Shown: one piece after another, positions 29,225 through 37,862 of the stretch
How the letters are laid out: each line of letters begins with the position of its first letter
How positions within the stretch are numbered: the first letter of the stretch is position 1
DNA from: an uncultured Candidatus Saccharibacteria bacterium
Lineage (GTDB): Bacteria > Patescibacteriota > Minisyncoccia > Phycocordibacterales > PALSA-1337
Assembly: GCA_964470105.1 (NCBI GenBank)
Contig: CAYXZI010000002.1
Span: 8,644 to 72,643 of the forward strand
Direction of reading: 5' to 3'
DNA length: 64,000 nucleotides
The notes under the pieces: model-generated
What the model saw: the letters and a program-made list of their open reading frames with translations, nothing else
Database searches by the model: none
Told to the model about the DNA's origin: nothing
Position numbers and translations under genes: made by a program

Positions 29225-29647
29225 TTACTTTACATCCACACCCATTGATCTACATGAACCTTCTATGATCTTCATAGCGGCTTCTATAGTACTAGCATTT
29301 AGATCTGGCATCTTTCTCTCAGCAATTGCTCTTACTTGAGCCTTTGTGATTGTACCAGCTCTCTTTACCGCATGCTTGCCTGAACCCTTCTCAACACCGA
29401 TAGCCTTTAGGATTAGAGAACTTGCAGGTGGAGTCTTTAGGACAAAATCATAAGTACGATCATCATATACAGTGATAACTACTGGAATCATATCTCCCAT
29501 CATTCCCTTTGTAGCATCATTAAACTTCTTAGTGAAATCACCAATATTAACTCCTGCCTGACCTAGAGTAGGACCAAGTGGTGGAGCTGGTGTAGCTTTC
29601 CCTGCTGGAGCGATAACTTTTACCTTTTTAACTATTTTTTTAGCCAT
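29225..29647 (-). CDS. rplK: 50S ribosomal protein L11
   Basis: [28 protein letters not shown] is the L11 signature. Confidence 0.95.
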   Translation of the reverse strand: MAKKIVKKVKVIAPAGKATPAPPLGPTLGQAGVNIGDFTKKFNDATKGMMGDMIPVVITVYDDRTYDFVLKTPPASSLILKAIGVEKGSGKHAVKRAGTITKAQVRAIAERKMPDLNASTIEAAMKIIEGSCRSMGVDVK

Positions 29648-29701
29648 ATTTTATTGAATTAATTGATTTCCTCTAGAAGCATGAGGTATAGAGATACTAT
29701 A

Positions 29702-30247
29702 TTAAATCTTGCTAACTTGCAAGAAATCTAGCTCTACTGGTGTTTCTCGACCAAACATTGAAACAAGAACCTTTACCTTACCTCTTGTATCATCAACCTC
29801 ACTAACCTTACCCTCTAGATCCTTAAATGGGCCATCAACAATCTTTACATTCTCATCTTTTACTAGATCAATTGTGTGTTTTACCTCTTCCTTATTCATT
29901 CTTCCAAAGAGCGTATCAACTTCCTTCTTATCAAGTGGAACTGGGAATACTCCTGATCCTACAAAGCCCGTTACTCTTGGTGTATTACGGACCACATACC
30001 ATGAATCATCAGTCACGATCATATCTACTAGAACATATCCAGGATATATTTTCTCCTCTTCCTCTACTCTCTTTCCACCCTTTATCTTTATTTTCTTTTC
30101 AGTTGGCACAATAACATTAAATATACGGTCTTCCATTCCCAAAGATTCGATTCTTTGCTTCAAATTACGAGCAACTGCATTCTCGTATCCTGCATATGTA
30201 TGTATTGCATACCAACTTCTTTCACCTCCAATTTGTTGTTTTGACAT
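29702..30247 (-). CDS. nusG: Transcription antitermination factor NusG
   Basis: [14 protein letters not shown] (NGN domain) and a C-terminal KOW region [14 protein letters not shown]. Confidence 0.9.
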   Translation of the reverse strand: MSKQQIGGERSWYAIHTYAGYENAVARNLKQRIESLGMEDRIFNVIVPTEKKIKIKGGKRVEEEEKIYPGYVLVDMIVTDDSWYVVRNTPRVTGFVGSGVFPVPLDKKEVDTLFGRMNKEEVKHTIDLVKDENVKIVDGPFKDLEGKVSEVDDTRGKVKVLVSMFGRETPVELDFLQVSKI

Positions 30248-30257
30248 ATCTTTTGTA

Positions 30258-30434
30258 TTAAACGAATAGAGTTAGTAATCGAGCGAATATATAGTCAAAC
30301 AGGCCCAAAAGAAAAGCTATGAATACTGATACCGCCACCACAGCTGACGCATAGAGAAGTGCCTGTTGTCTACTTGGCCATGTTACATGTTCCATTTCAC
30401 CACGTGTATCCTTTATATATTCAGTTATTTTCAT
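30258..30434 (-). CDS. secE: Preprotein translocase subunit SecE (58 aa, below the ORF-track cut-off)
   Basis: Hand translation gives [58 protein letters not shown]. There is a single transmembrane helix, and it sits directly upstream of nusG-rplK. Confidence 0.7.
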   Translation of the reverse strand: MKITEYIKDTRGEMEHVTWPSRQQALLYASAVVAVSVFIAFLLGLFDYIFARLLTLFV

Positions 30435-30456
30435 AGTCTTTCTATTAATTCTTGTA

Positions 30457-30498
30457 TTAAAAAACCCCGAGGGGGTAGTAACTAAATACTACCCCCTC
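30457..30498 (-). terminator. Rho-independent terminator for the upstream minus-strand gene
   Basis: A 12-bp stem GAGGGGGUAGUA/UACUACCCCCUC, followed on the minus strand by GGGG and UUUUUU. Confidence 0.65.
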
Positions 30499-30525
30499 TT
30501 GGGCTTTATGTCAATGAATTGTAAT

Positions 30526-31314
30526 TTATCGTATTTCGTATGTGATTGATACACTTGCCATAACCTTTTGTTCTCCTGTAGGAATCTGAGGTGCTACAGC
30601 TTTTACTGACATCATGTCTGAGCTTACCATAGCTTCTCTTGCGTATGGAGCATATATCTGTTCATCACTTGAGTCATAGAAACTAGTTACCCTTACTAGC
30701 TTAACTCCCAAATCTTTAGCAATCTTCTCTGCTTTTGTCTGAGCTTTAGCAATTGCATCTGCTCTAGCTATAGCTTTTACTGAATCAATATTATCAATAG
30801 CGAATGAAAGTCCATTTACTGTCTGAACTCCTGCTTTTCCTATAGCATCAAACAGTTCCCCTGCTTTTGATAGGTCTCTGATTTTAACTTCGATAGTCTG
30901 ACTTACATCATATCCAGTTAAAACATTTCTTCCTTGTGGACAAGGTACTGTTACACAATATATCTGATTATATTCGTAATGAGGATTAATATTGTATGAA
31001 AGAGTCTTTATATCCTTCTCTGAAACACCTCCAGACTTAACAGCAGCAAGAGCTTTGTTTATCTTTTCTGTAGCCATGTCTTGTGCCTCCTTAACTGTCT
31101 TTGCAGTCTCATTTACACTAAATGAGAAGGTAGCGATATCAGGAATTGATATTGCCTCCCCTTTCCCTGTTACAGTTATATTAGTCATAGCTGGAAACTG
31201 CTTCCCAACATATGATATTGATTTAAATTCTTTAATTGAAACAACAGCAAGAAAGATTGCTAGAATAACTCCAACCCATTTTGCTATTTTCCAAACTTGT
31301 TCTTGATTACTCAT
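30526..31314 (-). CDS. SIMPL/DUF541-family periplasmic protein (YggE-like)
   Basis: A signal-anchor followed by the YggE-like pattern ITVTGKGEA.SIPDIATFSFSV... Confidence 0.65.
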   Translation of the reverse strand: MSNQEQVWKIAKWVGVILAIFLAVVSIKEFKSISYVGKQFPAMTNITVTGKGEAISIPDIATFSFSVNETAKTVKEAQDMATEKINKALAAVKSGGVSEKDIKTLSYNINPHYEYNQIYCVTVPCPQGRNVLTGYDVSQTIEVKIRDLSKAGELFDAIGKAGVQTVNGLSFAIDNIDSVKAIARADAIAKAQTKAEKIAKDLGVKLVRVTSFYDSSDEQIYAPYAREAMVSSDMMSVKAVAPQIPTGEQKVMASVSITYEIR

Positions 31315-31325
31315 TTTTTAATTAA

Positions 31326-32138
31326 TTAGTTATTAATATTTTGATTATAGCACGAATCAACAAGGTTCTCGAAAAGTGCTAGTACTGTCATCTGACCAAC
31401 ACCTCCTGGAACCGGGGTGATCATTTTAACAATATCTTTAACTTTTTCAAAGTTAACATCACCGACTAGTCTATCATCCCATCTTGTAATACCCACATCT
31501 ATCACAATCTGATCTTTTGATACATAGCTTTCATCTACATGATTAGGTTTCCCTATGGCCACAATCAGTATTTCTGAATCTTTGGCTTTTTCAGGAATAT
31601 TTTCACTCTCACTATGACATACTGTAACTATTGCTCCGTTATTGCGACACATATTAGCAATCGGTGTACCAACTAGTTTTGAACGCCCCATTACTGTTAC
31701 CTTTTTATCTTTTAATGGAATATTGTAGTAGTTTAGTAGCTCTAGTATTCCTCTAGCTGTACCAGGAGTGAACTTTGTATTTTTAGTTAGACCATCTACA
31801 TCCTTTTGAGGATCTATAGAATCAATGATAGCATCTGAATCTAGGTGCTTGGGAAGTGGTAATTGGACAATTATTCCATTTACATCACTATCAGAGTTAT
31901 ACTTTTTTATTATTCCTATCACCTCATCCTGATTAACACTCTCATCAAGATGAATATGTATTTCTTTTGATCCTATCTTTCCCGCAAAAGACTTTTTAGC
32001 TTTTATGAATGCTGTAGAATCTTCCCTATTACCTACCTGAATTATCAGCAAGCAGGGTGATTTAGATAGCTTTTTAATTCTCTCTTGAATGAGAGGTAGA
32101 TAATGCTCACGTGCCTTTCTTCCATCGATTAATATCAT
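31326..32138 (-). CDS. folD: Bifunctional methylene-THF dehydrogenase/cyclohydrolase
   Basis: IIDGRK..., VQLPLPKHLD, DVDGL and GRSKLVGTPIANM. Confidence 0.9.
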   Translation of the reverse strand: MILIDGRKAREHYLPLIQERIKKLSKSPCLLIIQVGNREDSTAFIKAKKSFAGKIGSKEIHIHLDESVNQDEVIGIIKKYNSDSDVNGIIVQLPLPKHLDSDAIIDSIDPQKDVDGLTKNTKFTPGTARGILELLNYYNIPLKDKKVTVMGRSKLVGTPIANMCRNNGAIVTVCHSESENIPEKAKDSEILIVAIGKPNHVDESYVSKDQIVIDVGITRWDDRLVGDVNFEKVKDIVKMITPVPGGVGQMTVLALFENLVDSCYNQNINN

Positions 32139-32147
32139 AGTTTTACA

Positions 32148-32813
32148 TTACCATGATTTTTGAGGAATCTCTAGGGTTACGGTTTTTCTCTCCTCTGTAG
32201 TAGCTGTAGTGAATGACAGGGAGGTTTCAGTTAGTGCTATCTTCTGATCCGGTAATCTAACTGTTGATCCATATTTACTATCCCCCACTATCGGATGTCC
32301 TATATGAGAAAGTTGTGCACGGATTTGATGATGTCTACCTGTTTTTAATTTAACTTTTAAAAGTGAGAAATTTTCTTCAGTTTTAATTAATTCAAATGAA
32401 AGTTCGGCCCTATCTGCATCTCTTTTTTCATTATCAAATACTTCTGCATAGTTTTGATTCTCATCATGCTTTAAATAGTTAACTAGGGTCTTATTCTTCT
32501 CTTTAACAATTCCCGTAACCCATGCATGATATATTTTTTCTACTGTATGTTCACGGAATTGTTCTGATACCCTACTTGCCCCTTTAGAAGTTTTAGCAAA
32601 AATCACTATACCGTCTACATTTCTATCTAGTCTGTGTATTAATCCAAGAAATACATTACCTGGTTTACTATACTTATTCTTCAAATATGACTTCACCTCC
32701 TCCATCATAGAGATATCTCCCGACTTATCACCTTGTACTAGAGTACCTGCTGGTTTATATACAGCAATGAGATGGTTGTCTTCGTAGAGGACTTTAGGAT
32801 CCATATGTAACAA
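32148..32813 (-). CDS. RluA-family pseudouridine synthase
   Basis: HRLDRNVDGIVIFAKT, where the catalytic Asp lies in the HRLD motif. Confidence 0.85.
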   Translation of the reverse strand: MLHMDPKVLYEDNHLIAVYKPAGTLVQGDKSGDISMMEEVKSYLKNKYSKPGNVFLGLIHRLDRNVDGIVIFAKTSKGASRVSEQFREHTVEKIYHAWVTGIVKEKNKTLVNYLKHDENQNYAEVFDNEKRDADRAELSFELIKTEENFSLLKVKLKTGRHHQIRAQLSHIGHPIVGDSKYGSTVRLPDQKIALTETSLSFTTATTEERKTVTLEIPQKSW

Positions 32814-32922
32814 GATATCATATTAAAAAGTCAATGTATATCTTGTAGAAAAAGACAAATTTATAGCACATTTTAAAGAAAAATTTTATTTAGATTTCAT
32901 TTCCGTTTGCTAGAATTTAGGT

Positions 32923-33315
32923 ATGAATAAAAGATACCTTCAATGGCACAGTATTAAAGAAAGGATAGAAAACCTTAATTCATCTTATATTTATTTTAAG
33001 GAAAGAGATATTTGGTGGTGTCACCTGGGTGCTAATGTTGGCATGGAACAAGATGGGAAAAGTGAGTTCTTTATCCGTCCAGTCTTAATCTTTAAAAAAC
33101 TTAGTAGAAATACTTGCCTAATTATCCCTCTCTCTACACAAGTCAAGAGTGGTAGTCACTACTTTTTCCTTCTCTCTGAGTCTAATGTTATTCGTACTGC
33201 CACATTAGCTCAGATTAGAATGATCGATATTAAACGACTTAGAGATAGAATCGACTTAATTTCTAAATTAGAATTTGGTTTTATAAAAGAAAAAGTCATC
33301 GATTTGATTCGATAA
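32923..33315 (+). CDS. MazF/PemK-family endoribonuclease toxin with no adjacent antitoxin
   Basis: RDIWWCHLG..EQDGKSEFFIRPVLIF...CLIIPLSTQ...LAQIRMIDIKRLRDRI aligns with the conserved blocks of MazF/EndoA. There is a ~25 aa N-terminal extension. Confidence 0.72.
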   Translation: MNKRYLQWHSIKERIENLNSSYIYFKERDIWWCHLGANVGMEQDGKSEFFIRPVLIFKKLSRNTCLIIPLSTQVKSGSHYFFLLSESNVIRTATLAQIRMIDIKRLRDRIDLISKLEFGFIKEKVIDLIR

Positions 33316-33450
33316 CTTTTTCTAAATCGGGGATGGTTTTATCCATCCACAAATCCTTAAAGGATCAATACTTCATATATTATCAGAAAAAGAATGAGTG
33401 TCAATCATTACTAATATATTCATAAATTATGCCGTGAAAAAATATGCAGT

Positions 33451-33479
33451 AAAAAAGCGAGCTTGTGGCTCGCTTTGTT
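33451..33479. terminator. Bidirectional intrinsic terminator
   Basis: aaaaaa-gcgagc-ttgtg-gctcgc-tttgtt. Confidence 0.65.
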
Positions 33480-33495
33480 AGCAGACAATGTCTGC

Positions 33496-35265
33496 TTACT
33501 TGATCTCTGAACCGATCAAGGTTTTGAAGAACTCATTGGTTGCTGAGAGTTCATCGTATGTCCCCTCACCGACAACTTGTCCCTTATCGAGGACAATGAT
33601 CCGATTCGCTTTTTTCACCGTACCTAAACGGTGTGCGATGATGATACCAGTACGTCCACGGAGAGCATTCTCCATTGCGACGTACACCTCTGCCTCAGTC
33701 TTGTAGTCCAAGGCGCTTGTTGCTTCATCGAAGACAATGACACTTGGATCGCCGGCCAGAACTCTAGCTATAGCGATCCTTTGGCATTGACCTCCAGAGA
33801 GCTGCGCTCCGTTTTCACCAATCAAGGTACCGAGACCATCTTTTCCGAGTCTCGCCAAGAACTCTTCTATTCTAGAGTATCTTACCACTGCATCCAGATC
33901 TCCTGGAGCAAGGTCTCGGTCTGAGCCGAATAGGATGTTCTCGCGAACACTAGCGTCCCATAGCATCGTCTGCTGAGAGACAGTCCCTATCCTCCTTCGC
34001 CAAGAATTAATAGCTATCGTTTCGATAGGTAAATCATCGACACGAATAGTACCACTCTGTGGAGCATTTGCTCGCAGTATGAGTGAGACGATCGTACTTT
34101 TTCCACTACCAGACGGGCCAACAAATGCCACGGTCTCTCCAGGTTTTATGTGGAATGATACGTTATTTAGCGCATGTGGCTTGCCGGCCTCATACGCAAA
34201 TGATACATGATCAAAAACGATATCCCCTCTGGGGTTTTCGAGTTGGATCGCATCATCGTGATCAGCACACTCAGGTTCCTGTTCAATGAAGTCTCTTAGA
34301 CGCACGACATTGATACTAGACCTCATGATCTGACGCTGAATCGTACCTATGTTACTCAGGCACATATATACACCTCCGATGAGAGAGATGATAATTGCAA
34401 TGTCACCGGTGCTGATACTTCCACCCTTAACCAGGGTGAAGATCAGCAGAAGGATTGGTGCGTAGAGAAAATACTGAAATGGCATGTTTCTTAACAAACC
34501 AACAGCGATGTTGTATGCGCACCAAACTTTCTTCCCCTCACGAAAAGCCGTGTCTTGCCTTTGCAAGAAACTTCTAAGTGTCTTTTCATGTGCGGCCATG
34601 CTGATGACAAGTTTGAGATTCTTCACGATTTCCCAGAACTTTGTCTCAGTATCCGACTCTAACTTCCTAGCTTCTTTAACTCTGTCGACGTAGTAGTTGT
34701 TTGTGACAATACTCGCAACGGCGAAACAGATGGAAGCAGAAAGAATGCAAATCGCCACGATCCAATTGACATAGAACAAGAGACTAATCGAAATCAGTAT
34801 CCTTATGACAGTTGGAATGACATGCTCGAAGATTAGACTCATGAGATCAGTGACCGCTGATGAACCCTTCTGCAGAGTATCCATCTTTAGTCCTGTATTT
34901 TCACGAGTGATCTGACCCGGCGAAAGCTTAAATAGCTTGCCGAATGAATAGAGTCTTAAGTGCCCTTCCACATCAAAAGCTATATTGTTAATATGGAAGA
35001 CTGACTCTATAATGTGTCCGAGACAGATTAACACTGATATCACCGCAATCAGTACAGTAATGCCGCCAAGCGACATGAAGTCACTTGAACCGACTATGAT
35101 ATCAACCCCTCTTCCAACCAAGAACGACTGGCTGATCGACATCATCTGTATTGCGAGAATCATTAGGGTGTACAGGTAGTACCTCCGATGAAGTACGACT
35201 GTAATCTTCCAAACGTACGAGATAGCATCTAGTGCTATCTCCATACGGTTTTTCTTTTCTTTCAC
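33496..35265 (-). CDS. ABC exporter, fused TMD-NBD type (MsbA-like)
   Basis: Six predicted transmembrane helices. Walker A GPSGSGKST, signature LSGGQCQRIAIARVL, Walker B VIVFDEATSALD. GC is about 48%. Confidence 0.9.
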   Translation of the reverse strand: MKEKKNRMEIALDAISYVWKITVVLHRRYYLYTLMILAIQMMSISQSFLVGRGVDIIVGSSDFMSLGGITVLIAVISVLICLGHIIESVFHINNIAFDVEGHLRLYSFGKLFKLSPGQITRENTGLKMDTLQKGSSAVTDLMSLIFEHVIPTVIRILISISLLFYVNWIVAICILSASICFAVASIVTNNYYVDRVKEARKLESDTETKFWEIVKNLKLVISMAAHEKTLRSFLQRQDTAFREGKKVWCAYNIAVGLLRNMPFQYFLYAPILLLIFTLVKGGSISTGDIAIIISLIGGVYMCLSNIGTIQRQIMRSSINVVRLRDFIEQEPECADHDDAIQLENPRGDIVFDHVSFAYEAGKPHALNNVSFHIKPGETVAFVGPSGSGKSTIVSLILRANAPQSGTIRVDDLPIETIAINSWRRRIGTVSQQTMLWDASVRENILFGSDRDLAPGDLDAVVRYSRIEEFLARLGKDGLGTLIGENGAQLSGGQCQRIAIARVLAGDPSVIVFDEATSALDYKTEAEVYVAMENALRGRTGIIIAHRLGTVKKANRIIVLDKGQVVGEGTYDELSATNEFFKTLIGSEIK

Positions 35266-35336
35266 ATAACCTCCTTGCTAATTGTTGTCAAAGCAGTTAT
35301 CTTTATAACACAAAATGTAATAAAAAGCAAGGCCTT

Positions 35337-36179
35337 CTACCTACTCCATCTAGCAAAAATACCACAAGGAAGAAGTCTGTTTGTTCGAGATTCAGGTAAT
35401 GTTAATTCCCCTATTTCTATACTCCCACCAAATTTATCAACCAAAACACTCAAAACATTTCTATATGCTATAGCTGAATATCCTGCTGAATATCCATTTA
35501 TTAGAAAGAATAGTGGCTTATCTTTCAATAGCTTTATGCAATCCTCAACTAAAGTTAAGAAATTTTCCTCAATCTTCCACACTTCCTTATTAGCCCCATG
35601 ACCGAACGCTGGTGGATCCATTATTATTCCATCATACATATTTCCTCTCTTTATCTCTCTTCCAACAAAAACACGTGCATCTTCTAGAATCCATCGTATT
35701 GGTTTATCAGCTAGACCAGAGAGTTCTGCATTTTCTCTTGCCCAAGTTATAGCAGACTTTGACCCATCTACATGAACAACCTTTGCACCAGCTTGTGCGC
35801 AAGCCAGAGATGCACCGCCAGTATATCCGAAGAGATTAAGAACATCCGCACCAACATTATCTTTTAGTATATTCCTCATCCAATTCCAATTCACATATTG
35901 TTCTGGAAAAAGTCCTGTATGTTTAAAAGCTGTTGGCTTAATCCAAAGCTTTAGACCACCAAAATTAATTGACCACTTATCAAGTTTCTCCTTTTTATAT
36001 GTCCATTCTGCTGAAACCTCTGATCTAGAGAAACTTGCATCAGCAACCTTCCAATCCTTATCTTTTAAATTCTTTCTCCACAGTGCTTGCGGATCCGGGC
36101 GAGATAGAACAAAATTACCAAATCTTTCGAGTTTTTCACCTTCTCCAGAATCTAGAAGTTCATAGTCTTTTTCATTCAT
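35337..36179 (-). CDS. Class I SAM-dependent RNA methyltransferase (RlmI/m5C-like)
   Basis: FGYTGGASLACAQAGAKVVHVD and DGIIMDPPAFG. Confidence 0.7.
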   Translation of the reverse strand: MNEKDYELLDSGEGEKLERFGNFVLSRPDPQALWRKNLKDKDWKVADASFSRSEVSAEWTYKKEKLDKWSINFGGLKLWIKPTAFKHTGLFPEQYVNWNWMRNILKDNVGADVLNLFGYTGGASLACAQAGAKVVHVDGSKSAITWARENAELSGLADKPIRWILEDARVFVGREIKRGNMYDGIIMDPPAFGHGANKEVWKIEENFLTLVEDCIKLLKDKPLFFLINGYSAGYSAIAYRNVLSVLVDKFGGSIEIGELTLPESRTNRLLPCGIFARWSR

Positions 36180-36697
36180 AATACGTCTTGATTAGTCTTT
36201 ATACCTAAATACACTATATGGAAAGCAAAAATAGCTATAAATATTGTGATTACATCAGAGACCATACAATATATACATATTGCATGCAGTACAAAAAGCA
36301 TTATGAAGATAAAACCAAGAGCACCGAGTAGACCAAGTAGTGCTAATATAGAGACAATTTTTATGCAGATATCTTTCACAAAAGAACTCTTTGAATCGTA
36401 ATATGCAAATATTGATATTAGTAGGAAGAGATAGAATATTAAACCTAATAGAGCTACTGGTATACCGAGAATCTCAGAATAGCTACTTGAAAGCACCTGT
36501 TCACATCCAGAAATTGCACAAGGAGGTATGATACCTTGATAATGTTTTACAGTCAGATATGTTGCATCAGCAAAACCAACGAGTGATAGCACTAATATTA
36601 CTATAGGTATCCACTTAGGAAGCTGTTGTAGTTGCAGTGGCTTCGTCAATAAGAGTTTTAAATTGTTCATAACTTTGTGCATTAATTTTCTTACCAT
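36176..36697 (-). CDS. Vitamin K epoxide reductase (VKOR)-family membrane oxidoreductase
   Basis: A loop Cys pair PPCAISGC and the active-site CIYC in a transmembrane helix. The 5' end overlaps the upstream DsbA-like gene, so the true start may be an internal Met. Confidence 0.72.
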   Translation of the reverse strand: MVRKLMHKVMNNLKLLLTKPLQLQQLPKWIPIVILVLSLVGFADATYLTVKHYQGIIPPCAISGCEQVLSSSYSEILGIPVALLGLIFYLFLLISIFAYYDSKSSFVKDICIKIVSILALLGLLGALGFIFIMLFVLHAICIYCMVSDVITIFIAIFAFHIVYLGIKTNQDVL

Positions 36698-37268
36698 TTA
36701 AATAAAATGTTGGTGTACTATTAACCCCCGCCTTCAGTCCACTTTTTACATGTGACTCTATTTTTGCTTTTATCTCAGGTAGTTCATAGTCAGTAGCAAA
36801 TTTATCTACATCAAGACCCAACTTATTAGCATAATCAATAAAGACAGGTTTTGGTATGCTCTGATTCTCCCATGATTTCTGATTCTCAAAAATCATTGAG
36901 TACATCTCCCAGAATTTTCCTTGTATACCTGCCGCTTCTGCTGCTTGTGCTGCAGGTATAGCATTTAGGTGTTGTGATAGAGGGAAATGACGATATACAA
37001 ACTGATAGTGTGTATTATATTTAGTATACAACTCTTCAACTATCGGGAAATATAGTCCACATGCCGGACACTGAAAATCACTATACTCAACTATAGTAAC
37101 AGTCGACGATGCAGAACCCCTAACCCAATCTTCAGATGTAACTTTATCAACTGGTGCAACATTATTGTTAATCTTTTCTGCCTTATTAGCAGCCGCAATC
37201 ATACCCCAGATAATCAGACCAATAACGATAATAAATGAGCCCCAACTCAGTATTCTTTTTGTATTCAT
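36615..37268 (-). CDS. DsbA-like thioredoxin-fold thiol:disulfide oxidoreductase
   Basis: A signal-anchor and the motif YSDFQCPACGLY (CxxC). It is adjacent to VKOR. Confidence 0.75.
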   Translation of the reverse strand: MNTKRILSWGSFIIVIGLIIWGMIAAANKAEKINNNVAPVDKVTSEDWVRGSASSTVTIVEYSDFQCPACGLYFPIVEELYTKYNTHYQFVYRHFPLSQHLNAIPAAQAAEAAGIQGKFWEMYSMIFENQKSWENQSIPKPVFIDYANKLGLDVDKFATDYELPEIKAKIESHVKSGLKAGVNSTPTFYLNGKKINAQSYEQFKTLIDEATATTTAS

Positions 37269-37286
37269 GCGGGCATTATATCACTT

Positions 37287-37853
37287 TTATAATAAATGAG
37301 AAAATTGGATAAGGAGATATATTCCTAGCATATTCATAACCAGAGCAATAGGTATTAGAATAACAGTTTTAACCTTTGACATACCAAGAAGAGTTAGCCC
37401 GAACTCATCTGGCAGTGGTGATGCAATTATTAATGCGCCAATCACTGGTGACAGCCATCTCATAAAACCGAAATGTAGGGACTTTAAAAAATACCTGGCA
37501 GTTTTTGATCCAATAGCCTTTTTGAGATCTTCAGCGAAATGATCTTTTATAAAAAGGAAAAGTACTAGATCTCCAACCATAGCACCTAGACCTCCCCAAA
37601 GAACCACACTTGTCGATGGTGAATCTTGAGCAATATGTACTAGAGTTACAGACGCAGGCGCGATAGTAAACACAGAAGTAAAAAAGAGTCCTGCTATAAA
37701 GCTGGCTACCATATAGTAGTCCTTAAAAAAGAAAATTATTCTATCAATAAAACCTATTTTAGAAAGTATAAGCGCTATAACAATACCGATAGCTATCATA
37801 ACTACATCCCTAACTAGTGCATGAGCATTTTTCTTATCTTTTATTTTCTTCAT
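37287..37853 (-). CDS. Hypothetical polytopic membrane protein
   Basis: 188 aa with 5-6 predicted transmembrane helices. No recognisable motif. Confidence 0.35.
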   Translation of the reverse strand: MKKIKDKKNAHALVRDVVMIAIGIVIALILSKIGFIDRIIFFFKDYYMVASFIAGLFFTSVFTIAPASVTLVHIAQDSPSTSVVLWGGLGAMVGDLVLFLFIKDHFAEDLKKAIGSKTARYFLKSLHFGFMRWLSPVIGALIIASPLPDEFGLTLLGMSKVKTVILIPIALVMNMLGIYLLIQFSHLL

Positions 37854-37862
37854 TTTCTTTAA

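Noticed and set aside
29709-30269. ORF 29709..30269 (+), 186 aa, and 29827..30114 (+)
   Set aside because: Antisense shadows of nusG, which is confidently identified.
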